A stretch of DNA of 52,175 nucleotides, taken from assembly GCA_009602725.1 (NCBI GenBank), contig WELB01000008.1, forward strand, positions 1,316,522-1,368,696. The letters are read 5' to 3'. This DNA is from Spirogloea muscicola (lineage: Eukaryota). Positions within the stretch are counted from its first letter, which is position 1, and each line of letters starts with the position of its first letter. Of the stretch, positions 21,601-34,864 are shown piece by piece. Under the pieces are notes generated by a model. It ran no database searches. It was not told the DNA's origin and saw only the letters and a program-made list of their open reading frames with translations. The position numbers and the translations under genes are program-made.

Positions 21601-24600
21601 AAGAGGCTGCAATGATGGAAGTTGAGGGCCTTCGGGAGGCATTATCGGATATGGCAGCCGAGTTCGCGCGGCTCAAGGAGGCTGCCAGCACTGGGCAAGC
21701 GGAGGCGGGTGACACAGCGAAGCAGGCCCTTGCAGAAGCGGAGGGGCTTCGCTTGGAGGTGGCCAGCTTGCAAGAGCGTTGTGAGAGCATTGCCCAGTCG
21801 GAGCAGTCTGTCATAGACAGGGCAGATGCAGCAAGCACGGAGGCTGAAAGCCTAAGGACCTCGCTGTCTACGCGGGAGCGCGAGCTGACAGAGCTTCAGG
21901 AGGAGGCTACGAGAACCGCGGCGGGTGCAGCGGAGGCAAACGCCAAGGGGCTGACTGAGATGGAGTCCCTGAGGGCGGCACTCGCAGACGCCGCAGCCGA
22001 GGCGGCGAGGCTGGCAGGAAGTCTGCGGGCAGAGGCCGAGGCCAAAGACTGGGTGGCTGCTGAGGCCGATGGCTTGCATGTTGTGCTGTCCAAGGGCACG
22101 GCGGATGATGAGCTCGCTGAGGCAGCGGTTGTGGCCAATGGCCTGCGCGACGGAGAGATGGCAGAGGTGGAGGCCAAGGGGAACGCTTTGGTAGAGGCTG
22201 AGCGCCTCCGGCAGGCGCTGTCAGACCTGGCCGCCGAGCTCTCGGCTCTACGACAGGCCCGCGTCAAAGAGGGCGAGCGCCTGAAGGCGGAGGTGGCGGC
22301 CAAAGACGCCGCACTTGCGCAGGCAGGGGAGCTCGCCGAGGCCCTTGAGCGGAGGTCATCAGAAGTTGCGTCGCTGACGCAGGCTGCGCAAGCAGCGCGG
22401 AGTGCTCAAGAGCTGGCCATTGCTGAGGCGGAGACTTGCAGAGCCTCCTTGATGGAGCTTACAGCTGAGCGAGACGCCCTGGGCGAAGCAAAAGCACAGG
22501 CAGGCAAGGCCGAGGAACGGGCGCTGGCAGATTGCAGCAGGCTGGCGAAGGACCTCGACAGTCGCCTGGAAGAGCTGCGGCAGGCTGAGGCCTCTGTCGG
22601 CGTGCTCGCGCAGACGCTGGCCGCGCGAGAGAGCGCGCTGGAGGCCCTAGCAGCGGAGCTCGGCAGCCAGGGTGATGCCATGCAGGCGGCGCAGGCGGAG
22701 CTGGACGCCCACCACAGGCTCGTGCAGGAGCTGAGGGAGCAGCTGGCCGACAGGGACCAACATGTTGAGGTCCTGAAGGAGCAGCTGGCAAGGGACATGG
22801 CTGCCGCTGAGGCCAGCTTGGTGCAGGAGCGTGAGGAGCGAGAGGAGCTCGCGGCTGCAGCCGTGGAGCTGCAGAGTCGGTGCACAGAGCTGGAAGCCAT
22901 CCTCCGCGCAGAGCGGGAGCAGCAAGGCAAGGAGGCGAGCACTAGCGGCAACATGCTGCAGTGCGCCAACAGACGTGTTGAAGAGCTGACATTGCAGCTT
23001 GCTGATGTCCAGGTAAAGCTTTCGTGCCAGTCACGTGCAAGTCGAAAGTGAACCTAGTGTGTCATGTACCTAGGAAACGGGAGCCCTCTGAAGCATGAAT
23101 AATTTGCAAATGAGCTCAAGATCACCTGAAGTAATTTGCACAAGTCTGTACTGATGTTCAGAGTGACATGCCAGGTTAGTAGTCGGGGCTATCAACTTTT
23201 GTGCCTTCTTACTCTATGACAGCGGGACTCTTTGCAGGGTGAATCAGACCAGCTGAGCCGGCTCTTGGCTTTGCGGGATGACGACCTCACTTCCCTTAAG
23301 GCTCAGCTCGAAAGTCAGGACAAAGCCACACATGCGGCGCAGATGGAGCTGGAGCGCCTCAGTGGCTGCCTAGATGAGCTGCAACAAAGCCTGCACAACA
23401 AGGACGAGGAATTTGTTGCGCTGGAGGAGCAGCTCTCTATGGAAGTGGCGGCCAAGGAGGCAAGCCTGAAGCAGGAGCAAGAGGAGCGCCTACGGCTTGC
23501 AGATTTGGTTGCAGAGCTGCAGAGCCAGTGCACGGCGTTGGAGGGCTCCCTTCTCTTGGAGCGTGAGCAGCAAAGCAAGGAGGCAAGCACGACTGCTGAG
23601 ATGCTGCAACAAGCCAATAGCCAGGTTGAGGATCTGACCAAGCAGCTTGGGGTCAGCCAGGTACGACAAGCTGTGCTCCTGCTAATGTGTGTTTAGCAAG
23701 ATACGTGAATTTATTGGACATTTAAGCAGAGTCAGAAGCCATGTGGATGCTGCTGCTCAAGTTTGAGGATCAGGATAAGTGCTGGCGTAGACATGAAACC
23801 TAAGATGAGAAATTAGAGTACATGCCAAGTTAGTTCATGTGCAGCATAGCCTGTCCATTTACGATTGCTGGGTCCACATGTTCGTGCTTGAGGGGCTCCA
23901 ATCTGTATGGTTGTAACACACTTGTCATCCAGTAAGTTGGCGGGCTTGGTAACGGGGTCCTCTATGCACCTGTATGTTGCCAATCGACCTCCAACTCTAA
24001 GCAATTGTAGTCTCACATAGAGTCATGCCCTCCTGCAGCGGGAAGCGCAGGAGCTACGCCAGCACCTGGCCTTGCGCACAGACGAGCTCAAGGACCTAAC
24101 AGCTCAGCTCGGCGGCCAGGGCGAAGCCACACATGCGGCACAACTGGAGCTCAGGAGCCTCCACACTCGCGTGCGCGAGCTGCAAGAAAGCCTGCACAAC
24201 AGGGAGGAGGAGTTCAGTGCGCTGGAGGAGCAGCTGTCTCAGGATGTGGCGGCCAAAGAGGCGAGCCTGAAGCATGAGCAGACAGAGAGCCGGCGGCTCG
24301 CGGGTGAGGTCTCAGAGCTGCAGAGCAAGTGTACAGAGCTGGAGGGCCTTCTTCGCTCGGTGCAAGAGGAGCAAGGCAAGGAGGCAAGCGCAAGCTCCAG
24401 ACTGCTGCAGAGCTCCAAAGAGCGCGTTGAGTATCTGACAGCACAGCTAGGTGATGTCCAGGTATGGCACGCCGTGCCCACGTGAGTGCAGTGCAGGTCG
24501 TCAGATTGCAATTCTGACATGGTGTATGTCCATGTACACACGATCAGTAGCCATATGTCTGCTGCCCCTCCATAGAGAGAGAATTTTAGACTAGGCCATT

Positions 24601-27600
24601 GAAGGCTGCATTGACGTCGGTCGTCGTAGTAGGGGGGCCTAAGGCCCCTGGATTGATAGTTTGCAGCGCAGGAGTCCATGTTGTGGAGTTGAACTCGACT
24701 TCCACATACATATGGTCAAAAGCAGCTCTCATCTAATGCATCCTCTTTTGGGCTCTTATGCAATTCGTCATTTGTACATGCAGGACAAGCACGCCCTTCT
24801 GCAGCAGGGGTCGGAGGAGCTGGGACGGCTCCTGGCCTTGCGTGATCAGGAACTCAAGGCCCTGCTTGGTGGTCAGGGGGATGCTGCATCCGCTGCGCAG
24901 GCGGAGCTGGAGATGTCAGTCGCCCACGTACATGAGTTGCAGGAGAGCCTGCGCAACAAGGACAAGGAGTTTGTAGCGCTGGAGGAGCAGCTCTCCCAAG
25001 ACATGGCAGCCAAGGAGGCAAGCCTGAGGCAGGAACAGGAGGAGAGTCAGCGGCTTGCAACCATGGCTGCAGAGCTGCAGAGTAGATGTGCTGAGCTGGA
25101 GGCTCTTGTCAATACAATACAGGAACGTCTCGCAAAGGAGACTTTGGCCAGCACTGAGAAGCTGCAAGCTGCTGAGGCGCACGGCAAGGAACTGGCAGTG
25201 CAGTTGAGGAATGCGCAGGTACGGAGCGATGTTCGTTGTAAGCAGTGCAAAGGTCTGGTAGTATGTATCTTGTGCATTTGTCAACCATCTGACAGCCTGT
25301 ACAGGTCCACAACAGTTGCCGCCTGCGTGTCCATGGAGCAGACAAGGGCGCAGTAGTCAGGGAGCTTTGAGCAGTCCACTATTGAGTGGCCTCTTTAGCA
25401 GCTACTGACAGCCTGTACTACCTAGGTGCTGGTCACTCTCATGAGCTCCTGCTCCTGGATGCTGCAGGCCACTTCTACCTCCCTACACCAAGAAGCAGAA
25501 GAGCTGAAGCGGCTTGAGACCTCGCGTGACAACAAGCTGGAAGCTCTGAGGGAGACCCAATCACGTGCGGTGAAAGAAAGAGATGAGTCCATTGCGCTGC
25601 TGAAGAGCAAGCTGTCTGTTGCCATCGATGGTGCCAAATCAGCCGCTGACGAGCTTGAGAACTTGAAGGCATCCCACAAGCATGTGGAGCTGCTGAACGC
25701 CAGCCTGCGGCAATCGCTGGAGGAGGCGAAAGAGGATGCGGCTGCACCGCGTGAAGGGGCCAACAGTGATTGCGAGAGCAAGCTGGCAGAGGCGGGGGTG
25801 GAGATTCTCAAGGTCCAGGAGCAGGCGGCGGTGCTGCGGGAGAAGCTGCAGAAGGCGGTGAAGAAGGGCAAGGGCATCGAGGCTGCCAAGGCGAAGCTGG
25901 AGAAGGACCTGGCTGAACGGGACGCCGTGCTCCAGGCCTCCGAACGTGAGAAGCTTGCCCTGTCCAAGAAGCTGGAGGAGCTCAGCGTGGTGGTCAGCGG
26001 CCAGGACGACGCCCTCGTGGCCGCGCTGCATGAGAAGGCCGCTGCGGAGGAGGCTCGCCTGGAGCTGGCCAAAGCCCTAGAGGACAAGCGCGCCGAGGAG
26101 GAGCAGCTGCTGGAGTCTCTTGGCCAGCGGGAGAAAAAGTGCACGGAAAGCAAGGCAGCAGTGGAGCAGGCGCAGGCAGAGGCTGCTGCAAAAGAGGCGG
26201 CTCTGTGGGCGCAAGTCCGATCACTTCAGAGCGAGCTGGAGCGCACAGAGCTTGCTTGCGCTGATGACAAGGCCCGCACGGGCTCCGCACTGGGGCAACT
26301 CGCGAAAGCGAAGGAGATGCTTGCCGACTCCGTGAGAGAGGCGGAGAGTGACCGCCAGCGCGTGGCTGAGCTCTCAGCCGAGCATGCGGCTATGCGTGCT
26401 CAGCTTGAGAGTCTTGGGGAACAGCTTGCAGAGGCAGAAGAGTCCTCGCGGGCGGAGAAGGCTGCTGCGGCAGTGCTCGGCGGCAAGGCCGAGCAACTAC
26501 AGGCAGCCGCTCTGGAGCTTCAGGCGCTGATTGAGGCAAAGGACTCAGAAGTGCGGCAGCTTCACACAGATGCATCACAGCATGAGACCAGCATGGTGCG
26601 CATCGCTACTGAGAGGGACGCTCTCGCAGAGCAGGTGGAGGTCGTCGAGGCGCAGCTCAAGGAAACGACTTTGTCGCTGGAGGATCTGTCCACCAAGGCC
26701 CAGGCCTGGCGGTCCGAGCTGCAGCAAGCGAAGCAGCTCTGCATCCGTGAGGAGGGCCTAAGGTTGGCTGCCGAAGAACAAGTTGCTACACTGCAGGCGA
26801 CCCTCCAGGCTGCCCAGGCAACAGTCAATGTGCATGTTCCTGAGCTTGAGCAGCAAAAGGCGGCTCTGGAGTCAACCCAAAAAGAGCTTGCAGAGTTGAG
26901 GGCGGCAAGCAGCACTGAGGCGTCTGCAAACGAGGCACAGAAGACTCTGGAGATCCAAAAGTTGCAGCAGGAGCTTGAAGCTGCCACTGCCGCATTTGAG
27001 CAGCAGAGGGTGGCAAGCGTCAGCGCGGCAGTGACTGAGGTGACAGAGAGATTTGTGAAGGAGACGGAGCTTGCTCTGGAGGGCCTGCGACAGGATGCTG
27101 CTGCGGAGCTGGCGGCGGTGGTTGCTGAGAAGGAGCAGGAGCTCGTGGCGCTCAGAAGTAGGGAAGAGCAGCAATTGCACGAGCTGCAGTTACTGCAGGA
27201 CCAGGTGGGCGCCCTCTCAAGAGACAGTGAAGAGGCTGCAGCGGAGCTGGGGAGGAGCAGGACTGACGCGGAGCTGCTGGCAGCGCGTGTGAAGTCACTG
27301 GAGCAGGCAGGCCAGGAGCGGGATAATGCCCGCCTGAGAATCGAGGTGCTGGCAGCGCGGGCGGCGGTGCTGGAAGAGGAGCTGGCTGTGCGGGATGCCG
27401 AGGCCAAGGAACTGGCTGAAGCTGCTGAGAGCGGCAGGGTGGAGCATCAGCGGCGGAGGGCGCTGGAGGAGGAGATGGCAGCTCTGAAGGAAGTCATGCT
27501 CTCCAAGGATGCAGGTCATACACATGTTACCTCTCTCTTATTCTAGCCTTGAAGTTGAGGTCATACACATGTTACCTCTCTCCGATTCAAGCCTTGAAAT

Positions 27601-29619
27601 TGCAGCACTAGCTGCTGAAGGTCTTTGGTTCTCTCATGCTGCTCCTGAAGCTGCTGATTTGGTGAGCATGTTTCTAGAAGCCTGATTCAAGCTGGACTAC
27701 AAGAATGTCACTATGTTTTCCGCAGTCACATTCCCATCTTGCTGGCTACGCTGCTGCAGATCTTCGAGACAGGTCTGCGGCGCTGGCAGAGGTGGAGCGT
27801 GCCAGGGACGAGCTTCATGCCAGCATGTCGTCTCTTCGGGCAGCCCTGCAGGAGAAGGACCAGTCAGTCGTCCAGGCTACATCTCAGCGTGTCAGAGCAA
27901 TCGAGATGCTTGACGCAGCAAACAGCGAGGTCGAGGCGATGCAGAGGCAGTCCGAGGAGGCGGTAGCTGTTGCCGAGAGCCTGCAGGAGGAGAATACTGC
28001 TTTCCAGGCCCGTGTCCAGGCCTTGGAGCTGGAGCTCAGGAGCCTGCCGGCAAGCAATATGGCAAGGGAGGCAGTGCCTGCGAAGGAGTCGGACATGGTG
28101 GGCAAGGCCGTCGAGAGGGAAGGGGAAGCCAGCAGGAGCTGGCAAGAACTTCACACGGCAGGGGGGGAGGCCAGGGAGGCCGTGGGCGGTGCAGACGAGC
28201 GACAGCATCAAGTGCATGACTTGCTGGCGGAGGTGGAGAGGTGGCGGTCCACTGCACAGGTGCGCATAGCTTCTACTAGGATAGATTCTATTTTCAACGG
28301 GCAGTACTCAATCTGCTATCTCAATTTTTCCAGATCCCTGTTGCAGGAGGTCTTCAGCCTACACCCTGCAATATACCAAAGTTGTCATGTCATTACATTC
28401 TTATTGTGCTTTGCTTGAGCAATTTTCACTTTTGGGGACGCAGAGTCAGGAAGAGGAGTCAGAGGAGCTGCGCAAGGAGATGGAAGGTGTGCTGAGAGAA
28501 GCAGAGAGCTGGCGTGCGCTGACTGAGGAGCGACAGCTGGAGGTTGCAGAAGTACGGCAGAAGCTGCAGGTTGCTTTGGAGCAAGCACAGATGCTCAAGG
28601 AGACTGTGGACGGGAACAGTGCTGCCCTGCTGCAGGGTGCAGTGGAGAGGAAGTCCGAGGCCACATCACGCGAGATGGAAGACATGGTGAGTTGTCTTTA
28701 AATTCATGACGATTCTCCCACAGGAGTACGAATTGTATTACTATTAGTTGACACTCCTTTGTTGCAAGATCAGTCAGTTACTACCAGCCAGGAGGACCAT
28801 GTATACCTGCTGCTGATCGTGTTTCATACTCAGTGTGACTAACAGTTGCTACTACCCACTGATACACAGATTTTGCCGTGCATTCCTGGCCAGCAGAGAA
28901 GGAAGGACTCGAGGAGGGCTCCTGCACCTGCCATCCCTTCTCCACCTATCTTGCGGAAGTCCCCGTCATTGTTGTCCTATGATATTGAAGCTGCACAAGC
29001 GTCACAACGATCTGAGGATGATGAGGATGAAGGTGTGGCACCTTTTCTGAGAAGAGTGCTGAGTCGTGGACCCCAGCTCATGACCATTGTATGCTGGTAC
29101 TCCTGACTCCTACATGCACTTGAAGTAGAGATCCCGCTTTGACAAAAAGTTGACACGATCGACACCCTGGTGCAGTTCGTGGTTTCAAATTGGTGCACTT
29201 GAAGTCCCAACACCTGCCTGGCTTCTTGCGGCCGTCCGTGAACGGCATAGACAAACTCTGGTAAGCAACAATAGCAAGTTTCTGCGACTAGGCAACTCGT
29301 TGCGCGTGCCGCTTTGACATTGCTGGTTGTTGATGCAGCCCCAGCGCACAGTGTGGGCAGCTTTGCCCTGGCAGAGGCACCCTTGCAAGCAACATAGATA
29401 CTGCAGCTGCAATGCTTCTGTCATCCAAAGACCGTACAGCATATTCTGAAAGGCTGGTTGCCTGTCTGACCTGTAAGAGTCACTCTTTGTGCGCTCTTTT
29501 GCAGCCTGTCGGCTGGCAGGTATCTTATGGGCCACCCTGCAGCCCGCCTGGCCCTGACATTTTACTGGCTGGCTCTTCATGCCCTCCTGGCTGCCATGCT
29601 CTCCACGGTGCGTGTCTAG
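18640..29619 (+). CDS. TNO1-like: very long coiled-coil, tail-anchored TGN/Golgi tether of the TNO1 (SYP41-interacting)/At4g31570 family, ~2800 aa
   Basis: Exons 18640-18684, 18917-20089, 20259-23012, 23223-23660, 24021-24461, 24784-25218, 25468-27514, 27760-28259, 28444-28686, 28894-29032, 29176-29260, 29505-29619 (8415 nt, in frame). N-terminal DLRAAGKKRLEAFRKKK; three REKL.[MK]A[LV].KG motifs; C-terminal DE.VRGFK..PGFLRP..GIDKL..GRYLMGHPAARLALTFYWLALHALL transmembrane tail. Confidence 0.88.
27513..27602 (+). repeat. 45-bp tandem duplication spanning a splice donor
   Basis: aggtcatacacatgttacctctctc..gccttgaa.ttg at 27513-27557 and 27558-27602. Confidence 0.9.
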
Positions 29620-30187
29620 CCCACAGGTAAGGTCAGTGCCTTGTCTCTCCAAGACAATCTCAGTATCACAGCAGCTATGACTGTGAGGTCCTTCGAATTG
29701 ACAAGTCAATTCGAGCTGCCAAATTTCCATTGTTGCAAATGAAGGCAACGTATTTGTGGTCAGCAAGACTTGCTGATATCATCTACGCCATGTAGTGAGT
29801 CAATGTCGAACTGGTTCATCGCTGTAACCTAGGCCCTTGCATTGATGGCTTATGCTTTTGTTTGTGATGATGATAGAGACGGTGACGACCAACCTCAGCT
29901 TGTCCACAATTTTGGACCTGAACGCGTCTTTTCGGGGCTCTCTCGCCTTTGTGATATATGCCATTCTTTTTTCTGGTATTGACTGCCTTGGTGGCAGCCC
30001 AGAATGACCAACCGGAGAATTCAAGCATCAGCTCTGCAGAGATGCAATTGTTGCGGATTGTGTGCTGGCCTTTACTGTGCATTTCCGACGAGACCCAGGA
30101 CTTAGAGGGAGCACGAGATTGAGGGTGGGGTGAAATGAGGGATAAATAGCGGACAATTGTGAAGCTTCTCAGGCGCAATGATGCTAA

Positions 30188-33100
30188 CTATAGCCAGAAA
30201 GCGTTCGTCTCGCCTTCGTCACTTTCTAGCAAGCTTCTACTCCTGTGCACCTCGGGCAGCGTGCCATCGGACGCGTCGCTTGGTGGCACCAGCCCACCAG
30301 CTTTTCTCCGCTTGCTCGCCCGCTTGCTCCTCAAGTCCCCATCTCGCCTCGCTCCTCTTCTCAGCCGCTCCAAAACTGTGGTGATGTTCCTGTCCAGTGT
30401 GATGTTCCCGCCTGCTCGACGCACTCCTGTGCCCTTTCCACCGAGGTTCCTCGGGTTCTCCTGGCACAGGCAGTCTGGCAGGGGGTTCGTGTAGAACGCC
30501 TCCTCTGTCCTCGGCCGCTCTTTCCCCCGTGTTCCTGGGGCTGGCCCCTTCCTTTCCCTTGGAGCCCCTTGCCTTAGAGCAGAAACAGAAGGTAGCAACT
30601 AAATCAGGTCCAAGGGCTCTACTCAAGACGATTAGCATTGGCAGTACAGCAATTATCCCGATGCAGTAGAGCTGGCCAAGTAGCGACTGCAATCAACGAG
30701 GTGGAGGCTCTTTGGGCATGCAAGCGAGCTATGTCTAAGACATCTTAAGTTTGCTTACCTGTGCATGTGGATCAGTGACACAGCCTCATTGAACTCCTTG
30801 CCTGGGGAAATTTCCCCCCTCTCCATCTTGTCAAAGAGAGCCACAAGCTCCTTCCTGGTTGCGTACCACACTCGACCATGTTACGTCACGTGACAACTGC
30901 TCTTAGCTTATCCTCACATCGGGCCCAAATAATGGGATGTATTTGAAAGCCAGTGCATAAATATTGGCATGAAATGCCAACTCCAGCTCTTTCTTACCTA
31001 TCTGGGATGATTGTCTTCCGATGACCTAGAAACCTACGATGACCTTCCACGGCCCGAGCCATGTTGCCTGAGTAAGTTGGCACAAAGAGATCACTCTCCA
31101 CTGAGGCTATGTAGTCTAAGGCAGCCATTTGGCTTCTGTGGTCCACAAATGGTGCAAGCTCCTCTACTGTGAGCAGTGTCTCCTGCACAGCAACCACAAA
31201 AATTGAGCTGCTGCCAGGAATTCAAGCTGTAGAGAGGCAAAGCGAGGGCCGGCTGGCTGGACGAAATGTTTCTTTGGCGACAGCAAAGTAACATCTGCTT
31301 CATATGCTGTGCATGCTAAGTGAAGGACATTTGAGTACCAGTGAGCGTGGCTTATGGCTTAGCCATTATAAAGCTAGACAGTTGAAAACCTGCAAGGGAC
31401 CAGCTAACTCAAGAGTATTGCGCCTTCTTGTGACAAGGCGAGAGAGCATCTGCAAAGAGCTTCTATGAGTGTCCATGAGCTCACCTTGCGAACTATGAGC
31501 GGGAAGAAGTGTCGGAAATCGGCCATCCGAACCTCTCCACCGTAGATTTCTCCGGAAGCTATGTAAATCAAAGTTGTGTTGAGGAAGCCCATGGAGTGCA
31601 GAAGCATTCCTATCTCTTTGGGGGTTAAGGGGCAGAACCCGTGTGCTCGTTGAATTGTTGGGTCAATCTCCTTAACTCTCCAGTGCTTTGTCTTCATCCT
31701 GCATTATGCCGATTCGCACTTTTGCTCCGTGTCATCTGCCGTCGGGAGCATTAAGTGCTTGTCCTCCAAGACATCTAGAGTATCATGACACTCTAGGTGA
31801 TCACTGCAATAGTGGTGCTCAGAATTTATCCGTAAGACTTAAAATCAATCATCTCACCTAATAGCAGTGAGCTCGTCAGCCTCCTCCTTTGACAGGCCGT
31901 GGTAGCAGCCGCTGAAAGCAAGCATGTCCATCTCATAGCGCAGATGAAGAGCAATGTAGGGACCCTGCTTTTGCATTCGCTTCACCAGCTCCTGCATTTG
32001 TCCAAGCCAGTACATAATCACTTCCACTGTAGTACATATGCTGGAGCATACACTCCCAGACACGGGAGAATCCATGTCCTACTCTTTTGAGCTTCAAAAT
32101 TGCTTGAAATGTAGCAACGGTGACGGAGCTCCAATGCTCCAGCTTGTCTACAAGTACCTTCCCCATCATTTCAATATGTGGTGCAAAGCGCAAGGCATCA
32201 TAATGCACACGGCAGCGAAGCTTCTGGATGTCCGTGGGGAGCTCATTGTTAGCAAGGCGAGAATCTGATTTCATTGCTCGAATGACCTGCAAAAGCAATG
32301 ACGCTGCACAGTTCAGCTTCATCAAACCAAAAATCTGCTGCTATCTGAAGCAAGTGTAGAGGCCAGCCAATTTTGGACAAAAATGGGCAGAGGGGTACTT
32401 ATGTGCCGTGCTGTATATATATATAGAGGACGCGGGTGCTGACAAACAGGAAGCATCTCCAAAGATCAGCCTCAAAAATGAGTAGCTACTGAATGTTCCG
32501 CAGTCTCTTAAATAGCAAGTCTCTTAACATATAGATTTCCATTTTGCGAGGGTAAAAGCTTGCCTTGTACGAGTGCCACAGCTTGGCAATGTCCTCGTTG
32601 TAATAGCTGTAAGGCGACCAGGACCTGAAGAACTTGCGGGCCTCCGCAGCATAGCGGTACTGCTTGGGCAGATGCTGCAGGACTGGCACATCATCCTTCA
32701 GAGCCTCGATGAAGTACTCCAAATCAAAGATGTCAGAAAAGTTGCTGCACACAGTGCAAGTGGAGGCACATGCCGCTGTCACAGAAGGGCCATATTATTG
32801 GCACAAACCAGCAATGTGTAAAACCAACACTGGGTGGGCATAGATCACCAGCACTCTCGTTCATGCCTGTCAAATTGTGGATGAAACATCTGCAATAAGA
32901 GCGTCTTGGAGATTCTGGGTGAGGCAGCACCTGTTATCTTGCCAGAAGGAGCCCTTGTCGAGTTCGGGCACAATCAGTGTTGCATTCAAGATTCTTGCAA
33001 CAGCCACCATGTCGCAGATCTTGAAGCGCAGAGAGGAGAGCAGAGAACTTAGTCTAGTCAGCAAGCCAGGCCAAACTGAACCAGAAAAGTGCAGAGAGAA

Positions 33101-34864
33101 AGATGACTATGACATCACACTGTAGGTATGGCAGAGTATTTTCTACATGGCCTTGTTATCGAATCATCATCTGCATGATCGAGAGTTTGCAGAGCCTGCA
33201 GTAGTATTCTGGCAGTAGACAGGTCGAGGTTGGTGTGCACTCCAGTGATGCCAGAGCTGCAGCAGGTCAGAGAATTGCCGATCTCACCCCAGCACGCATC
33301 TGATTGAGACCACCATTAGCATACACGCGCAGGAAGCCTCGGGTCGCTTTGCTCGCCGCTGTGCACGCAGACACTCAACAATGAGCACATGCACCGGCAA
33401 AGTGGAGAAAGCAGCAGTTGACACCCAGCGACATCTGCTACAGCGAGCGCTTCTCAGACAAGGACTTTGCAAAGGCCTTGTCTTCCCCTGGCACTCCGCT
33501 TTCCACACTTCAACAGTACCTCACCGGCCTCCTGGCCCTCTCTCCTTCATCCCTGCTCTCCCTCTCCTCTCCCACCCTCCCACCACCTCACAGCAGTCTC
33601 CTTTGACCCATTCCCTGCCCCGTTGTCTTTCACTCTACCTTCATTTCCTGCTGGCATGCATACTCAACTTCCCATCTCACAACACCTGCCTCGAGCAGGT
33701 GCATTTCAGTGAGCCTATTGTTAAGGATGTCAGCAGTTCACTGAGACCGTGTACGTGAGCAAGCAGCTATACAAGGACAAGGTCACCTGTAAACTCGCTG
33801 CTAGGATCGATGCAGGGCTTGTAACCTCTGTCGGGAGGCTTCTTCCACAGCTTTGCAAGCTTTACTTGCCGCTGCAAGACATATGACCAGCATATCAAGC
33901 ACGTCAAGCTTCTGGGGGAGAAGGCAAGTACTGAACGCCAGTCCTTGCTTAAGACAGGCCCTTGCAGCTTCTGTTATTCACTTTGCCTGGGCTGATTATG
34001 AGGTGGCCCAGGTAGCAATACCTGCACTTCATTGCAGGTCTTGCGCGCCATTTCGAGGACAACCAGCAAGGAAGACCAACTATGGAACAATGCATTCGTT
34101 CCAAGCAATTATTTTAAGCAACTGAGCTGGTGCCCTTTCCCTTGATTGCAGCACAAAGCGTTATGCCACCAAAACTCACCCTCCGCAGCTCGGCAAGCTC
34201 CAGCTTCAACTTGGCGCTGAGCTTGGGGTTCCAGGGCTTGGGGATGACGGGAGGTGGGGGCGAGGGAGGGAGAAGCTCCAGCGGCAGGTCCATGTGGTCA
34301 TCGTCCTGCTCCTCTGTTTCAACCTGCTCACGACGAGCCCAGCGGTCACTGAAGCAGAAGGAGGTCAGCTGCTCTAGGAAAGGACTTGACAGGATAAGGC
34401 CTTGCCCTGTCCACGTGACGAGTATGAGGCCCCATTGGCGGCTCGGAGCACCCAATTCAGCACCGAATGGAGTACGATTATGTATGTGAAGGCAAAACCT
34501 GCTCCTGCAAGCGGATATTCTAGACGCATCCGCAAGCGCCAGGAGAGGAGTGACTGCAGAGCAGGCCTGGACCTCAGTGACGGACACTGCTTGCCTAGCT
34601 GCCAAAGACTGCCTGTGGTGAGCTCACCCAGTCGTGGTGCTGGGTCACTCGGATGGCGTCAGAGGCGCCCTCTTGCTCGTACGGGCGGTCGCCGATGAGG
34701 CTGTTCAGGGCCGGCGCGATCTGGACGGCCAGCAGTGCGCAGACCGAGAGCCACATGCTGAGCCACAGGAAGCGGCCTGCCATGCTCGCCCGGCTTCGGC
34801 TACAGCGCCACTGCACAGGCGCAGGGAGGACGGGCGGGAGGGCCTCAGCACCAAGGGCGGCCAT
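30188..34864 (-). CDS. OFUT7-like: GT106 O-fucosyltransferase-family protein (OFUT7-like / RRT-related), type II membrane Golgi glycosyltransferase
   Basis: N-terminal [180 protein letters not shown]; about 12 exons. Confidence 0.95.

Noticed and set aside
20024..28685. Many Ser/Ala/Cys-rich minus-strand ORFs
   Set aside because: Antisense shadows of the GC-rich coiled-coil exons; no motifs
29864..29921. Possible C/D-box snoRNA (GTGATGA..CTGA)
   Set aside because: Short, with no convincing terminal stem or recognisable rRNA guide; lies in convergent 3' UTRs
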